Positions 9,635 to 21,000 of a DNA stretch of 56,621 nt are shown one piece after another (position 1 is the first letter of the stretch; every line of letters starts with the position of its first letter). The notes beneath the pieces are model-generated. The model saw nothing but the letters and a program-made list of their open reading frames with translations. It was not told the DNA's origin and searched no databases. A program made the translations under genes and the position numbers. This DNA comes from Candidatus Saccharimonadales bacterium (GTDB lineage Bacteria > Patescibacteriota > Saccharimonadia > Saccharimonadales > JACDFO01), in NCBI GenBank assembly GCA_038255465.1, contig JBBSLJ010000005.1:1-56621 (forward strand), written 5' to 3'.

Positions 9635-10816
9635 TTATTTATTAATCTTTGTAACGACACCGGCGCCAACAGTACGGCCACCTTCACGAATTGCGAAGCG
9701 AAGACCCTGTTCCATAGCAATAGGTTGCAATAGCTTAACTTTGAAAGTCAAAGTATCGCCTGGCAAAACCATTTCTTTTTCGGCTGGAAGCTCAACTTCA
9801 CCAGTTACGTCAGTTGTACGGAAGTAAAACTGAGGCTTGTAACCTTTAAAGAATGGTGTGTGACGACCACCTTCTTCTTTGGTAAGAATATATACTTCTG
9901 CATCAAATTCAGTGTGCGGAGTTATAGAACCTGGCTTGGCCAAAACTTGGCCACGCTCGATGTCACCGCGTTCAATACCGCGCAACAAAATACCGGCATT
10001 GTCACCAGCTTGACCTTGATCAAGACTTTTTTTGAACATTTCAACGCCTGTAACGACTGACTTCTTAGTGTCACGAACACCAACAATTTCAACTTCTTCG
10101 TTAACCTTGATGATACCCTGCTCGATACGACCGGTAGCTACTGTGCCACGACCTTTAATAGAGAAAACATCTTCGATAGCCATCATGAATGGTTTTTCAA
10201 TTTCTCGCTTTGGTTCAGGAACATAGTCGTCCATAGCCTTAACGAGTTCCATGACTGAATCCATAGCCGCTTCATCGCCTTCGATAGCTTTGGTAGCGGA
10301 ACCCTTGACAATCGGGCAGTTTTCGTCAAATTCGTACTTAGCAAGTAGCTCACGGATGTCCATTTCTACAAGCTCAACAAGCTCAGGATCAGCAAGATCC
10401 ATCTTGTTCATAAAGACAAGAATACTTGGTACGCCCACTTGCTTAGCAAGTAGCACGTGTTCACGCGTTTGCGGCATAGGACCGTCAGCAGCAGAAACAA
10501 CAAGTATTGCACCGTCAATCTGAGCAGCACCGGTAATCATGTTCTTAACGTAGTCAGCGTGACCTGGCATATCAACATGCGCATAGTGACGCTTTTCTGA
10601 TTCGTATTCCTGGTGTGACGTAGCAATGGTGATACCACGGGCTTTTTCTTCAGGTGCCTTGTCAATCTCATCGTATTTGACTGCTTTATTAACGTCGCTT
10701 GGAAGGCGCTTTGAAAGCGTTATCGTGATGGCCGCCGTAAGACTTGTCTTACCGTGGTCAACATGGCCCATCGTGCCTACATTTACATGTGGCTTGCTTC
10801 TGTCAAAATTTGCCAT
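9635..10816 (-). CDS. tuf: elongation factor Tu
   Basis: [49 protein letters not shown]. Confidence 0.99.
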   Translation of the reverse strand: MANFDRSKPHVNVGTMGHVDHGKTSLTAAITITLSKRLPSDVNKAVKYDEIDKAPEEKARGITIATSHQEYESEKRHYAHVDMPGHADYVKNMITGAAQIDGAILVVSAADGPMPQTREHVLLAKQVGVPSILVFMNKMDLADPELVELVEMDIRELLAKYEFDENCPIVKGSATKAIEGDEAAMDSVMELVKAMDDYVPEPKREIEKPFMMAIEDVFSIKGRGTVATGRIEQGIIKVNEEVEIVGVRDTKKSVVTGVEMFKKSLDQGQAGDNAGILLRGIERGDIERGQVLAKPGSITPHTEFDAEVYILTKEEGGRHTPFFKGYKPQFYFRTTDVTGEVELPAEKEMVLPGDTLTFKVKLLQPIAMEQGLRFAIREGGRTVGAGVVTKINK

Positions 10817-10924
10817 AAGTGGTTCTCCTTGGGGTTTATAAGGGTTAAATGAATTATTTTATTGTTATTCGCGATCCATAATTGTCGGCAAACCAACAAA
10901 AGCCCTCACGCGAGTTACCACAAT

Positions 10925-10953
10925 ATAGTACAGAATCCTAAGGAGTTTGTAAA
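10925..10953 (-). promoter_or_regulatory. sigma70-type promoter for tuf
   Basis: TTTACA-N17-TACTAT. Confidence 0.6.
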
Positions 10954-11087
10954 CCCCTGCACATCTTAAATTTCGCTATATATAGGTATTTTTTGACTAT
11001 ATTGACAGTTCGTTTTGTTAGTGAACTATTCCGATTATGTTATTTTTCTTGCTGTGATATTCTGCCAGTTAGTTACATTTATTATGT

Positions 11088-12779
11088 ATGGAAAAAACAA
11101 GCATTCCTGATCAGTCAAACGAACACGTACATAGATGGCCTGAGGGTGCTATTGTGTACCATATTTACCCTCGAAGTTTTCAAGATAGTAATGACGATGG
11201 TGTCGGCGATCTGGCAGGTGTGACCTCAAGACTTGATTACCTGAAAAGCCTTTCCATTAATGCAGTTTGGCTTTCGCCCTTTTATCCTTCACCTATGGCC
11301 GACTTTGGGTATGACGTGTCTGACTACTGTAATGTGGATCCAATTTTCGGAAATCTTGATGATTTTAAAGAATTACTAAAACAAGCCTCTCTGCGCGATA
11401 TACGGGTTATTATCGACTTAGTTCCTAACCACACGTCTGACGAGCATGAGTGGTTTAGGCAGTCCCGACTGTCGGACAACAACAAATTTAGCGACTGGTA
11501 TATTTGGGTAGACTCATTTAAGTTTAATGAGGATGGCACTCCTCAACCTCCCAACAATTGGCGTGACGCGCTAACGGGCGGTAGCGCCTGGGAGTGGGAT
11601 ACTACTCGCAAGCAGTTTTATTTGCATAGTTTCGATAAAAAGCAGCCGGACTTAAATTGGAGTAACCCTGCTGTTCGTGAAGCCGTAAAAGAGGCGATGC
11701 GTTTTTGGCTCGATCTTGGGGTGGACGGTTTTAGAATCGATGCGGTTTATTGGATGGCAAAAGAACCGTTGTTCATTAATGACTCCCCAAACCCCGATTA
11801 CGTAGATGGCACCGATTTACTTTACGAGGCGCTATTGCACGACAATAGTCGCGGCTGGCCCATGGTTTACGCGTATTTATCAGAAATGGCTGAAGTATTA
11901 AAAGAAAAACAGTTTCAAGACAAGCACCGGTTTATGGTAACTGAAGCCTATCCCGAGCGTCACAATCCCCTTGCTGCATATATGAATTTTTATGTCGGAG
12001 TAGATCCAAAAGTAGCCGCACCCTTTAATTTTGAAGGTTTAAGTTTGCCGTGGGACGCAGCCAGCTGGCGGAGATTTTTAAGTTCTTTCCATCATGCGCT
12101 TGCACGGTTTTCGTCAGATTGTATTCCCAGTTACGCATTCGGTAATCATGACCAGCCGCGGCTAGCGTCACGTATAGGCGAAAAGCCTGCCCGAGCAGCT
12201 GCTACTATGCTGCTTACACTTCCGGGCATGGCATTTATATACTACGGCGAAGAACTTGGAATGAAAAACGTTACTATACCGCCAGGAAAGGTTCATGACC
12301 CGGCCGCAAAAGGTGATCCATCCAAGGGTATAGGGCGTGACCCGGAGCGAACACCTATGCAGTGGAGCGCCGGGCAAAATGCCGGATTCACTACTAGTAG
12401 TAATCCTTGGCTACCATTAGCCGATAATTATAAAGACCATAACGTAGAAACAGAGCTTGCTGATCCTGCCTCATTTTTATCGCTTTATATAAAGCTGTGT
12501 AAACTGCGTAATGAATCCGATGCATTAAAATACGGCAAAATGCATGTGCTCGAGATAGACGAGCCTAAGGTACTCGGCTATAAACGTATAGCCGCTAATG
12601 GTGAAACATATATAATTCTTATAAATTTTTCGGAAGATATAATTACGTTTCATCCTGCCGTGGAGTTGGGTAAACTTATAATTTCAAGCGAACATTCAGA
12701 ACAGAGAGCCGCGGTTCGAGGCGGGGGAATAATGCTCTACCCGTACGAAGCAGTCGTTCTTGGGGCACCGGCAATTTAA
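11088..12779 (+). CDS. GH13 alpha-glucosidase / oligo-1,6-glucosidase family protein
   Basis: YHIYPRSFQDSNDDGVGDL, DLVPNHTSDEH, catalytic FRIDA, VTEAY and GNHDQPR, RDPERTPMQW. Confidence 0.92.
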   Translation: MEKTSIPDQSNEHVHRWPEGAIVYHIYPRSFQDSNDDGVGDLAGVTSRLDYLKSLSINAVWLSPFYPSPMADFGYDVSDYCNVDPIFGNLDDFKELLKQASLRDIRVIIDLVPNHTSDEHEWFRQSRLSDNNKFSDWYIWVDSFKFNEDGTPQPPNNWRDALTGGSAWEWDTTRKQFYLHSFDKKQPDLNWSNPAVREAVKEAMRFWLDLGVDGFRIDAVYWMAKEPLFINDSPNPDYVDGTDLLYEALLHDNSRGWPMVYAYLSEMAEVLKEKQFQDKHRFMVTEAYPERHNPLAAYMNFYVGVDPKVAAPFNFEGLSLPWDAASWRRFLSSFHHALARFSSDCIPSYAFGNHDQPRLASRIGEKPARAAATMLLTLPGMAFIYYGEELGMKNVTIPPGKVHDPAAKGDPSKGIGRDPERTPMQWSAGQNAGFTTSSNPWLPLADNYKDHNVETELADPASFLSLYIKLCKLRNESDALKYGKMHVLEIDEPKVLGYKRIAANGETYIILINFSEDIITFHPAVELGKLIISSEHSEQRAAVRGGGIMLYPYEAVVLGAPAI

Positions 12780-13782
12780 TAAGTTTGAGCAAGTCATCAA
12801 CAGATTGTTGTAAGGTAAATTTATTCGCCGCTGCTTGGCGCTGTTTTTCGCTGATTGGTGACTGTTTGGAAGCATACAGCAATCCGGAAGCCAGTGTTTG
12901 CGGATTATCTGCTTTTGTAAGAACGAGACCACCGCAGTTTGTTTCAGAAAGCCCTCCCGACCTTGAAGCAACTACCCGGCAGCCTGCATGCTGAGCTTCA
13001 ACAGATATCATGCCGAACATTTCTTGCCAGTATATAGCCGTAGACGGCATGACAACACAATCATTTTCGGCCATTAACGCAGCCATTTCTGTAGCATTCT
13101 TGCGTGCTTCTACAACTGTTATTTGCGGATGGGCCTCTAGTAACTTTAGAACTATTTTACCTTCTTTTGTATGACTGCCAGCTTTTGTTGCTGTTATTTC
13201 AATATTCATATTGTTAATGGTTTCCATGTGCAGGGCAGCAAGCAAAGTATAAATACCTTTGTCGGGCGTTAATCGGCCGGCAAATAATACACGAAAAGTG
13301 TTTGAGCGGGCTGATTTTCTGTGTGCTTTTAAAAACTGTGGATCCGCAAACGGATAAATAGTTGGAATTCGTTTTGTAGATAGTCCCAAGTAGTCACGCC
13401 ATAGTTTTGATGCGAACTTGCTTGTAGCAATTAAATGCTTAGTTCTCATAGCCGAAATATCATACAGTGGATCATTGTGAGACAGTTCCGGCGGCGGACA
13501 ATGAAGAATTGTGTAGGCAGGCCGCTTTGTCTTAACATGTAATGGGTAGGTTACGAAAATGAGCGTATCATCAAGCTCACTCAACTCTTCTTTATTGTTT
13601 AGTGCGATGAATGGAATATCCGGGAAACCGGCGCGTCCATCATCCTTAGGATGCCCGAGCGTAATTATTCGTGCAGGGATCCCACGCCTAGTCAATTCCC
13701 GCACTTGTCCGGCAGTATATGTTTCAGAACCACCTGCTCCCGCATAAAATGGATATTTCGAGGACCACACAAATGAAATCAA
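12676..13782 (-). CDS. glycosyltransferase family 4 (GT-B fold)
   Basis: GGSETY, LFAGRLTPDKG, EMFGMISVEAQHAGCRVVASRSGGLSE; TTG start. Confidence 0.85.
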   Translation of the reverse strand: MISFVWSSKYPFYAGAGGSETYTAGQVRELTRRGIPARIITLGHPKDDGRAGFPDIPFIALNNKEELSELDDTLIFVTYPLHVKTKRPAYTILHCPPPELSHNDPLYDISAMRTKHLIATSKFASKLWRDYLGLSTKRIPTIYPFADPQFLKAHRKSARSNTFRVLFAGRLTPDKGIYTLLAALHMETINNMNIEITATKAGSHTKEGKIVLKLLEAHPQITVVEARKNATEMAALMAENDCVVMPSTAIYWQEMFGMISVEAQHAGCRVVASRSGGLSETNCGGLVLTKADNPQTLASGLLYASKQSPISEKQRQAAANKFTLQQSVDDLLKLIKLPVPQERLLRTGRALFPRLEPRLSVLNVRLKL

Positions 13783-13888
13783 GTAGAAAGCTCCATTAGA
13801 ATGTGTTTATCCTAATTCAAATCAAACTACCTGTAAGTTAAATAACTCTCAAGCAGTAGTTCTATCACCGGTAAATTTGGCGCAGGTC

Positions 13889-14482
13889 TTAGGCTTGTTG
13901 TTGCTGTTGAATTGTTTGGCACAGGGCATCAAGTGATACTTGGCGGCCCTGCCGGAAAGCATCGACTGCAAATTCCGTAAGCAAACGAAAGTCAGGCTTG
14001 CTTAAACCGTATTTGGCAGCGTATGCTGCATAATTTTCAATTTCCCGTGCTCTGCCTACCACATCTGACATTGGGGCGATGGTATCTGTGTATGCTCGCA
14101 TACGGCCATATGGTTTTGGTTCTACTACTCCGTGGTGAATATGAAGCATTTGATCACCTTCATCTTTGCTCATATATAGTTCAGTATCAGTTAATGACAC
14201 GGCAGTTACTTGACGGGCAAGTTCAATTTGTTCATCAGTTGCATTAAAGGTAGTGTTCTGGTCAAGAATCAATGTGTACGCAGCCCGTTGACTTGCCTGA
14301 GGTAATACATAAAAGCCCCAGCAATCATCGTAAGTGATCGGCTCTTTGAATGACTGCTTACCCCATTTATAGGAATATAAATCCAATAGTGAACTTGTAT
14401 CATACACTTCGTCATATATTAATCCGTGTCTGCCACCGGTCCTATCAGTACCATACTCATTGGGAGAAATCAGCCACGGCAT
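13889..14482 (-). CDS. hypothetical protein (197 aa)
   Basis: Long ORF directly after fusA; no family recognised; start uncertain. Confidence 0.6.
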   Translation of the reverse strand: MPWLISPNEYGTDRTGGRHGLIYDEVYDTSSLLDLYSYKWGKQSFKEPITYDDCWGFYVLPQASQRAAYTLILDQNTTFNATDEQIELARQVTAVSLTDTELYMSKDEGDQMLHIHHGVVEPKPYGRMRAYTDTIAPMSDVVGRAREIENYAAYAAKYGLSKPDFRLLTEFAVDAFRQGRQVSLDALCQTIQQQQQA

Positions 14483-14561
14483 CTGAGGGCTCGGTGTAAC
14501 ATTCGTCCAGTCTTAATCTTTGACTATAGGCTAGGACCGGATCAAAGTCAGACATATACTA

Positions 14562-16649
14562 TTACTTACTGGTTTTAGCGGCAATTGCTTCGGCAACGTT
14601 ATTTGGCACGTCGGAATAGTGGGCTAGTTCCATGCTTGAGCTGGCACGTCCCTGCGTCATTGAACGAAGGTTAGTGGTATACCCGAACATTTCACCTAGT
14701 GGTACAAAAGCGGTAATTTCTTTGATGCCGCTTGAGAGGTCTTCCATGGATTCAATGCGACCGCGCTTAGAGTTTAAATCGCCGATAACATCACCCATGA
14801 AGTCTTCTGGTGTAACCACCACAACTTTCATGACAGGCTCGAGCAACACAGGTGCCGCTTGCCTCATTGCCTCTTTAAAACCGATAGAACCGGCAGCTTT
14901 GAAGGCCATTTCTGATGAGTCAACGTCGTGATAAGACCCGTCATATAGTTCAACCTTAACATCAACTACAGGGTAACCGGCCACGACACCGTTGTTCATG
15001 GCTTCGATAATACCCTGTTGGACTGGCTTGATGTATTCACCAGGAACAGTACCACCTTTGATAGCGTTAATGAACTCAAATCCCTTCCCTTGTTCATTCT
15101 GGGAAATACGAAGCCATACGTCACCGTATTGGCCGCGACCACCCGATTGGCGGATAAACTTGCCTTGGGCTTCGACGCCGTCCTTACGGACCGTCTCGCG
15201 GTAAGCAACTTGCGGCTGGCCAATATTAGCTTCAACGCTAAATTCTCGTTTCATACGGTCTACGAGAATTTCAAGATGTAATTCACCCATACCATTGAGC
15301 ACTGTCTGTCCAGTTTCATCATCAACTCTAATACGGAATGTAGGATCTTCTTCTGCCAAACGTTGCAGAGCCAAGCTCATTTTTTCTTGGTCAGACTTGG
15401 TTTTTGGTTCAATTGCAATTGATACAGGAGGATCAGGAAAATCGATACTTTCGAGAGTAATCGGATGAGCAGGATCGCAAAGCGTATGCCCTGTCGTTGT
15501 AGCTTTTAGGCCAACAACCGCCGCAATATCACCAGCACTTACTTCGTTCACATCTTCACGTTTATCGGCTTGCATACGAACAATACGACCGATACGTTCT
15601 TTTTCACCATTAGAGCTGTTGAGAATATACGAACCAGCCGTAAGCTTGCCTGAATACACCCGGAAATACGCCAGTTTACCCACGAATGGGTCGGACGTAA
15701 TCTTAAAAGCCAGTCCTGCCATAGGCTCGGTCTCTGTAACCTTACGCTCTACTTTGTCGCCGGTTTTAGGATGAATACCCCAGGTTGAACCGCGGTCTTC
15801 TGGACTTGGCAAAATATCAACAACCATGTCGAGAACTTTCTCAACAATCACACCGCGGCCGTCTCCACCAGTAACCGGGAAGAAGTCACCAGATAGGGTA
15901 GCAGTTCGGATAGCCTGATTGATTTCGTCTTCTGATAATCCGTCTTCGCCGACTTCAAAATATTTTTCGAGCATTGCTTCGTCTTCAGCTACGGCATTTT
16001 CAATCAGCAGTGAGCGATATTTTTTGACCTTATCCATCATATCGGCCGGAATCTCGGCTAAGACAAGCTCTTTGTCGGTGAAATCTTTATACGTATATGC
16101 TTTCATGCCGACAAGGTCAACGATACCGTTTATGGATTGCTCGAAGCCGATAGGAAGATGAATCGGGAAAGCACGCTTGCTCAATCGGTTATGTATAGAA
16201 TCGAGCGATTTATAAAAATCGCCGCCAGTTTGGTTGATCTTATTAATAAAGCAAACACGTGGTACGCCGTATTTGGTTGCTTGACGCCAAACAGTTTCAC
16301 TCTGTGATTCAACACCCATCTTGCCATCAAAGACAACACAGGCACCGTCAAGTACACGAAGCGAACGCTCCACCTCAACCGTAAAGTCGATGTGTCCTGG
16401 TGTATCAATAATGTTAATCTGGTGATCTTTCCAGTAACAGGTAACAGCAGCAGAAACAATGGTAATACCGCGCTCGCGCTCTTGGGCCATCCAATCTGTG
16501 GTGGTCCCGCCTTCATGAACGGCGCCAATTTTATGCTTTAAGCCTGTGCGATACAAAATACCTTCGGTGGTAGTGGTTTTGCCAGCGTCGATATGGGCAA
16601 TAATTCCCATATTTCTGATTTTGTTTAATGCATATTTCTTAGCTGCCAT
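14562..16649 (-). CDS. fusA: elongation factor G
   Basis: AHIDAGKTT, RERGITI, DTPGHIDF, GMGELHLEI, RQSGGRGQYG, LRSMTQGRA. Confidence 0.99.
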   Translation of the reverse strand: MAAKKYALNKIRNMGIIAHIDAGKTTTTEGILYRTGLKHKIGAVHEGGTTTDWMAQERERGITIVSAAVTCYWKDHQINIIDTPGHIDFTVEVERSLRVLDGACVVFDGKMGVESQSETVWRQATKYGVPRVCFINKINQTGGDFYKSLDSIHNRLSKRAFPIHLPIGFEQSINGIVDLVGMKAYTYKDFTDKELVLAEIPADMMDKVKKYRSLLIENAVAEDEAMLEKYFEVGEDGLSEDEINQAIRTATLSGDFFPVTGGDGRGVIVEKVLDMVVDILPSPEDRGSTWGIHPKTGDKVERKVTETEPMAGLAFKITSDPFVGKLAYFRVYSGKLTAGSYILNSSNGEKERIGRIVRMQADKREDVNEVSAGDIAAVVGLKATTTGHTLCDPAHPITLESIDFPDPPVSIAIEPKTKSDQEKMSLALQRLAEEDPTFRIRVDDETGQTVLNGMGELHLEILVDRMKREFSVEANIGQPQVAYRETVRKDGVEAQGKFIRQSGGRGQYGDVWLRISQNEQGKGFEFINAIKGGTVPGEYIKPVQQGIIEAMNNGVVAGYPVVDVKVELYDGSYHDVDSSEMAFKAAGSIGFKEAMRQAAPVLLEPVMKVVVVTPEDFMGDVIGDLNSKRGRIESMEDLSSGIKEITAFVPLGEMFGYTTNLRSMTQGRASSSMELAHYSDVPNNVAEAIAAKTSK

Positions 16650-16669
16650 ATATTGTTATCCTATATTAT

Positions 16670-17020
16670 TTACGTATTATCCGGCTCAGTAGTTTCTATT
16701 GGAGCTACAACTGCATCACAGTACGTACGATTATGTCTTGTAAACAATCGTACAAATGAGCTTTTGGGGTTGTTGCATGAGTAAGCTAGCGTGTAATCAC
16801 CAGAAGCTAAGCGTTCAGCTTTGTCACCGTAATCATCAGATGCCCCAGCTACATTGGTGGCATTCATTACAGTTAGTCTTGTAATCAGTGATATGTCACC
16901 ACTTACTGCTCGTTCAGACTCTTCACGCGCTAAGGCTCTGGCAAGCGTTGCTATGGGGCAATCTTCGCAGGGTTTAGCCGGGTTGCCATGTTCATTAACA
17001 GCGTGACGAGACTCAAACAT
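16670..17020 (-). CDS. Cys-motif hypothetical protein inserted between rpsG and fusA
   Basis: 116 aa; ATG directly follows the rpsG stop (TAGATG); CEDC...CNNP...C. Confidence 0.7.
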   Translation of the reverse strand: MFESRHAVNEHGNPAKPCEDCPIATLARALAREESERAVSGDISLITRLTVMNATNVAGASDDYGDKAERLASGDYTLAYSCNNPKSSFVRLFTRHNRTYCDAVVAPIETTEPDNT

Positions 17021-17500
17021 CTAATATCTTGCGAAGTGAGCGAATGCTCGGTTAGCTTCGGCCATTTTATGGGTGTCTTCTTTTTTCTTAACTGCACTAC
17101 CAGTGCTGTTATATGCATCTACAAGCTCTAGTGCAATCCGGTCTTCCATGCTCATGCCCTTACGAGCCCTGGCTGCTTGTACAAACCACATAATGGTCAA
17201 GTGATTTTGTCGCTGGCCTTTAACTTCAAAAGGAATCTGGTAGTTTGCACCACCAACGCGGCGTGAGCGTGTTTCCATGTGCGGCTTGACGTTTGCGATT
17301 GCCTGCTCAAAAACTTCTAACGGATTTTGAACTTTAACCTTATCGGCTGCTTTTTGCATGCCGTTATAGACTAAACGTTCTGCAACCTGCTTTTTGCCGT
17401 TAAGCATAACGCGGTTAATAACCTTGGTGACCATAGGGTTGTTGTACAGCCTGTCGGGTTGGACAGGACGGACAAGTGATTTAGTGACTTTACGCGGCAT
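17021..17500 (-). CDS. rpsG: 30S ribosomal protein S7
   Basis: MPRK...INRVMLNGKKQVAE...RRVGGANYQIP...HKMAEANRAFAH. Confidence 0.98.
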   Translation of the reverse strand: MPRKVTKSLVRPVQPDRLYNNPMVTKVINRVMLNGKKQVAERLVYNGMQKAADKVKVQNPLEVFEQAIANVKPHMETRSRRVGGANYQIPFEVKGQRQNHLTIMWFVQAARARKGMSMEDRIALELVDAYNSTGSAVKKKEDTHKMAEANRAFAHFARY

Positions 17501-17501
17501 C

Positions 17502-17915
17502 TTACTTGCTCTCCTTCTTGGTGCCGTACTTGCTTCGGCCTTGCTTACGGTTGCTTACACCTTGAAGATCAAGCGTACCGCGAACAATGTGATAACGCAC
17601 ACCAGGCAAGTCCTTAACACGTCCACCACGAACCATGACAACCGCGTGTTCCTGCAAGTTATGGCCTTCGCCGCCAATGTAAGCCCACACCTCATAGCCG
17701 TTATTAAGCCGCACACGTGCAACCTTACGGAGCGCTGAATTAGGCTTTTTAGGAGTTTTGGTAGTTACCTTAACGCAAACACCGCGCTTAAACGGCGCTG
17801 CCTTTTCGTAGTTGGTTGTCTTGAGCGTATTTACTACACGCTGCAAGGCTGGGGACTTGGATTTTTCCTTTTTAATAGTACGCGGTTTGCGCACTAACTG
17901 ATTGATTGTTGGCAT
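17502..17915 (-). CDS. rpsL: 30S ribosomal protein S12
   Basis: [10 protein letters not shown]...[17 protein letters not shown]...[12 protein letters not shown]. Confidence 0.99.
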   Translation of the reverse strand: MPTINQLVRKPRTIKKEKSKSPALQRVVNTLKTTNYEKAAPFKRGVCVKVTTKTPKKPNSALRKVARVRLNNGYEVWAYIGGEGHNLQEHAVVMVRGGRVKDLPGVRYHIVRGTLDLQGVSNRKQGRSKYGTKKESK

Positions 17916-17994
17916 ATCTCTCCTTAAAGAGTTGTGATCTACTGCAATGTACGAATGCCTACGTACAGCTCAAACCACTTAAATTAACTTGCTT

Positions 17995-18023
17995 ATTTTA
18001 ACAGAACTAAACTTCTTCTGCAA
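17995..18023 (-). promoter_or_regulatory. sigma70-type promoter for rpsL-rpsG-fusA, overlapping the rpoC stop
   Basis: TTGCAG-N17-TAAAAT with a TG extended -10. Confidence 0.55.
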
Positions 18024-21000
18024 CAGGTGCGGGTGCCAGAACAGTTTCTACGTCGCTGAAACCGTCATTGTCAGTATCGGGCAACCAGCCGGTTCCGACT
18101 GGAATACGTCGTCCAAGGATAACGTTTTCTTTTAGACCAAAGAGCTTGTCAACCTTACCGCTTGTGGCAGCTGCAATCAGCACACGTGTAGTGTCCTGGA
18201 ATGAAGCGGCACTCAGGAACGAATCAGTTGAAAGGCTGGCTTTTGTGATACCGAGTAGCAACTGCGTGTAAACTGCAAGGTTCTTGCCGTTTTTAGCCAA
18301 TTGTTCGTTGGCTTCAACAACCGCAAGTTTTGAAACAATATCACCCGTAACAAATTCTGTGTCGCCAGCTTCGTCGATTTGAACGCGGCTAAACATTTGA
18401 CGCACAATGATTTCAAGGTGCTTATCAGCAATGTTTTGACCCTGTGAAGCAAAGATTCGAAGGATTTCGTTCATGATGTAACGCTGCGTTGCTTCAACAC
18501 CCTGCAATCGCATAAGCTCATGCAAGTTGATAGAACCGTTAGTTAGACGCTGACCGGCTACAACCTTGTCGCCATCTTTAACCACCAACTGTTTAAAGCC
18601 TGGTATCTCGTAACGAACGGCGCTGTCGCTGCTAGGCACGATCATAACCTTCTTTTTGGTTACTTCTGCCTTACCGGCAACGCGGGCAATAATAGGATCA
18701 TTACCGTCTTCATCTGCGGCAAGCACATCACCAATAGCTATGTCGGTTCCAGTTGCTACTTGAGCCACACGGATGCCTAGGTCAAATTCAATCTTTTCTT
18801 TTTCATCTGCAGCAACTTGGACGACATAATGGTCGCCTTCTTCAAATGCCTGCACTGTGCCGGAGATGTCGCTGACAAAAGCCTGACCTTTAGGGGTGCG
18901 GACCTCAAATAGTTCTTCAACACGAGGAAGACCTTGCGTAATATCCTCGGCTGCAGCAGAACCACCACCGTGATATGAACGAAGGGTCAACTGCGTACCA
19001 GGTTCACCGATACTTTGGGCAGCAATAACACCAACCGGATGATGATTAGCCACCACTAGACCAGTGGCCGGGTCAACACCGTAAGATTTCATAGGAACAC
19101 CGCGAACGCTTGTAGCGCTCAGGACACTCATGATTTTTACGCCATCGATACTTTCATCTGCTTCAATTGCTTCGGCGGTCTTTTTGGTGATCAAATCACC
19201 ACGCTTTAGATGGCCTTTCAGCGTATCTGCTGCAAAACGGCCTTCAAGCCGGGCTGCAAACGCTACGCCAATTTCAGCGGCATCAGCACGATACTGCGCA
19301 AATCCAAGGTCGCCCTCTTCGTCGTCAATAGTGAATACATCCTGCGATACATCAACCAAACGACGCGTCAGATAACCTGAGTCAGCGGTCTTAAGAGCGG
19401 TGTCAATCATCGTCTTTCGGGTACCACGGGTTGACGTAAAGTATTCGAGTGGGGTCAATCCGACTTTATAGCCGGACTTAATCGGCAACTCGATAGCCTT
19501 ACCGGTCGTGTCCATAGTCACACCCAAGATACCAACGGCGGTTTTAACCTGACCGATATTACCACGAGCACCAGAAACAACTGCGATGGACATTGAGCTG
19601 TCTTCGTTTGCGAACTGCTCGGTGAGCACTGATTGGACTTCAGCGTCAATTTGCAGCCAGTTATCAACAATTAAACGATATCGTTCATCGTCGGTAATGA
19701 AGCCTTGCTCAAATTGCTCACTAATCTCTGCGGCTTTGTTTTCGCCCTTCTGAATAATGCCATCAAGCCCTTCAATATCATGAAAGTCACTCATACCCAT
19801 AGACAGACCGGATTTCGTTGCATATTGAAAGCCGATATCTTTGAGGTCGTCAGCTATTTCGGCGGTTTTATCCTGGCCGTACATTTGGTAGGCCAATGCC
19901 ATAACACCGTTCAAACGCTTCTTTGTCATTGGTTCATCTTGGAAAGGAAAATCATCCGGAAAGATTTCGTTGAACAAAATGCGTCCGAGAGTTGTTTCGT
20001 GTATGTGATCTCTAAACGGTAATCGTACCAGGCTCTGAAGACGGATTTTGCCTGCATCAAGCGCCATAATCGCTTCTGCAAGTGACGCATAAGCGTGTCG
20101 CTTAACACCGGCACCAGGACGCTGGTAAGTTAGGTAGTAACAGCCGAGCACAATATCTTGTTCGATGTGCAGAATTGGTGAACCATCGGCTGGTTTCAAC
20201 AAGTTCTTGTTAGCTGCCATTATTTCACGGGCTTCTGTTTGAGCTTCATCGCTCAGTGGCAAGTGAACAGCCATTTGGTCACCGTCAAAGTCAGCGTTAA
20301 AACCCTTACAGACAAGCGGGTGCAACTGAATTGCCTTACCTTCAATCAGACGAGGCATGAAAGCCTGAATAGACAGACGGTGCAATGACGGAGCACGGTT
20401 AAGCAATACATATTTGCCCTTGATGACTTCATCAAGCGCATCCCATACGGCTGTTTCACCAGTTTCAATCATGCGTGTTGCAGAACGGATATTGTGCGCG
20501 TGCTCATTAGCAATGAGATGCCCGATTACAAACGGCTTAAATAGCTCAAGCGCCATCATCTTAGGTAAGCCACACTCAGTAATATTAAGCTCTGGACCGG
20601 CGACAATTACGGAACGTCCGGAGTAGTCTACACGCTTACCGAGTAGGTTCTGACGGAAACGACCCTGTTTGCCCTTAAGCATATCGCTCAAAGACTTAAG
20701 GCGGCGGCGTTGACCAGTTGCGGCAACTGCCCGACCAGAACGTGCGTTATTGTTGTCAATCAGCGCATCCACGGCTTCTTGCAGCATACGCTGCTCGTTA
20801 CGCCTAATAACTTCAGGCGCATTCAGTTCGATTAACTTCTTAAGTCGGTTATTACGGTTAATAACTCGGCGGTACAGGTCATTTAAGTCGCTGGTTGCAA
20901 AGCGGCCACCAGTAAGTTGGACCATCGGGCGAAGATCTGGAGGAATCACCGGCAATACGGAAACACACATGCTGTTCGGTAAAATTCCGGCGCGGTCCAT

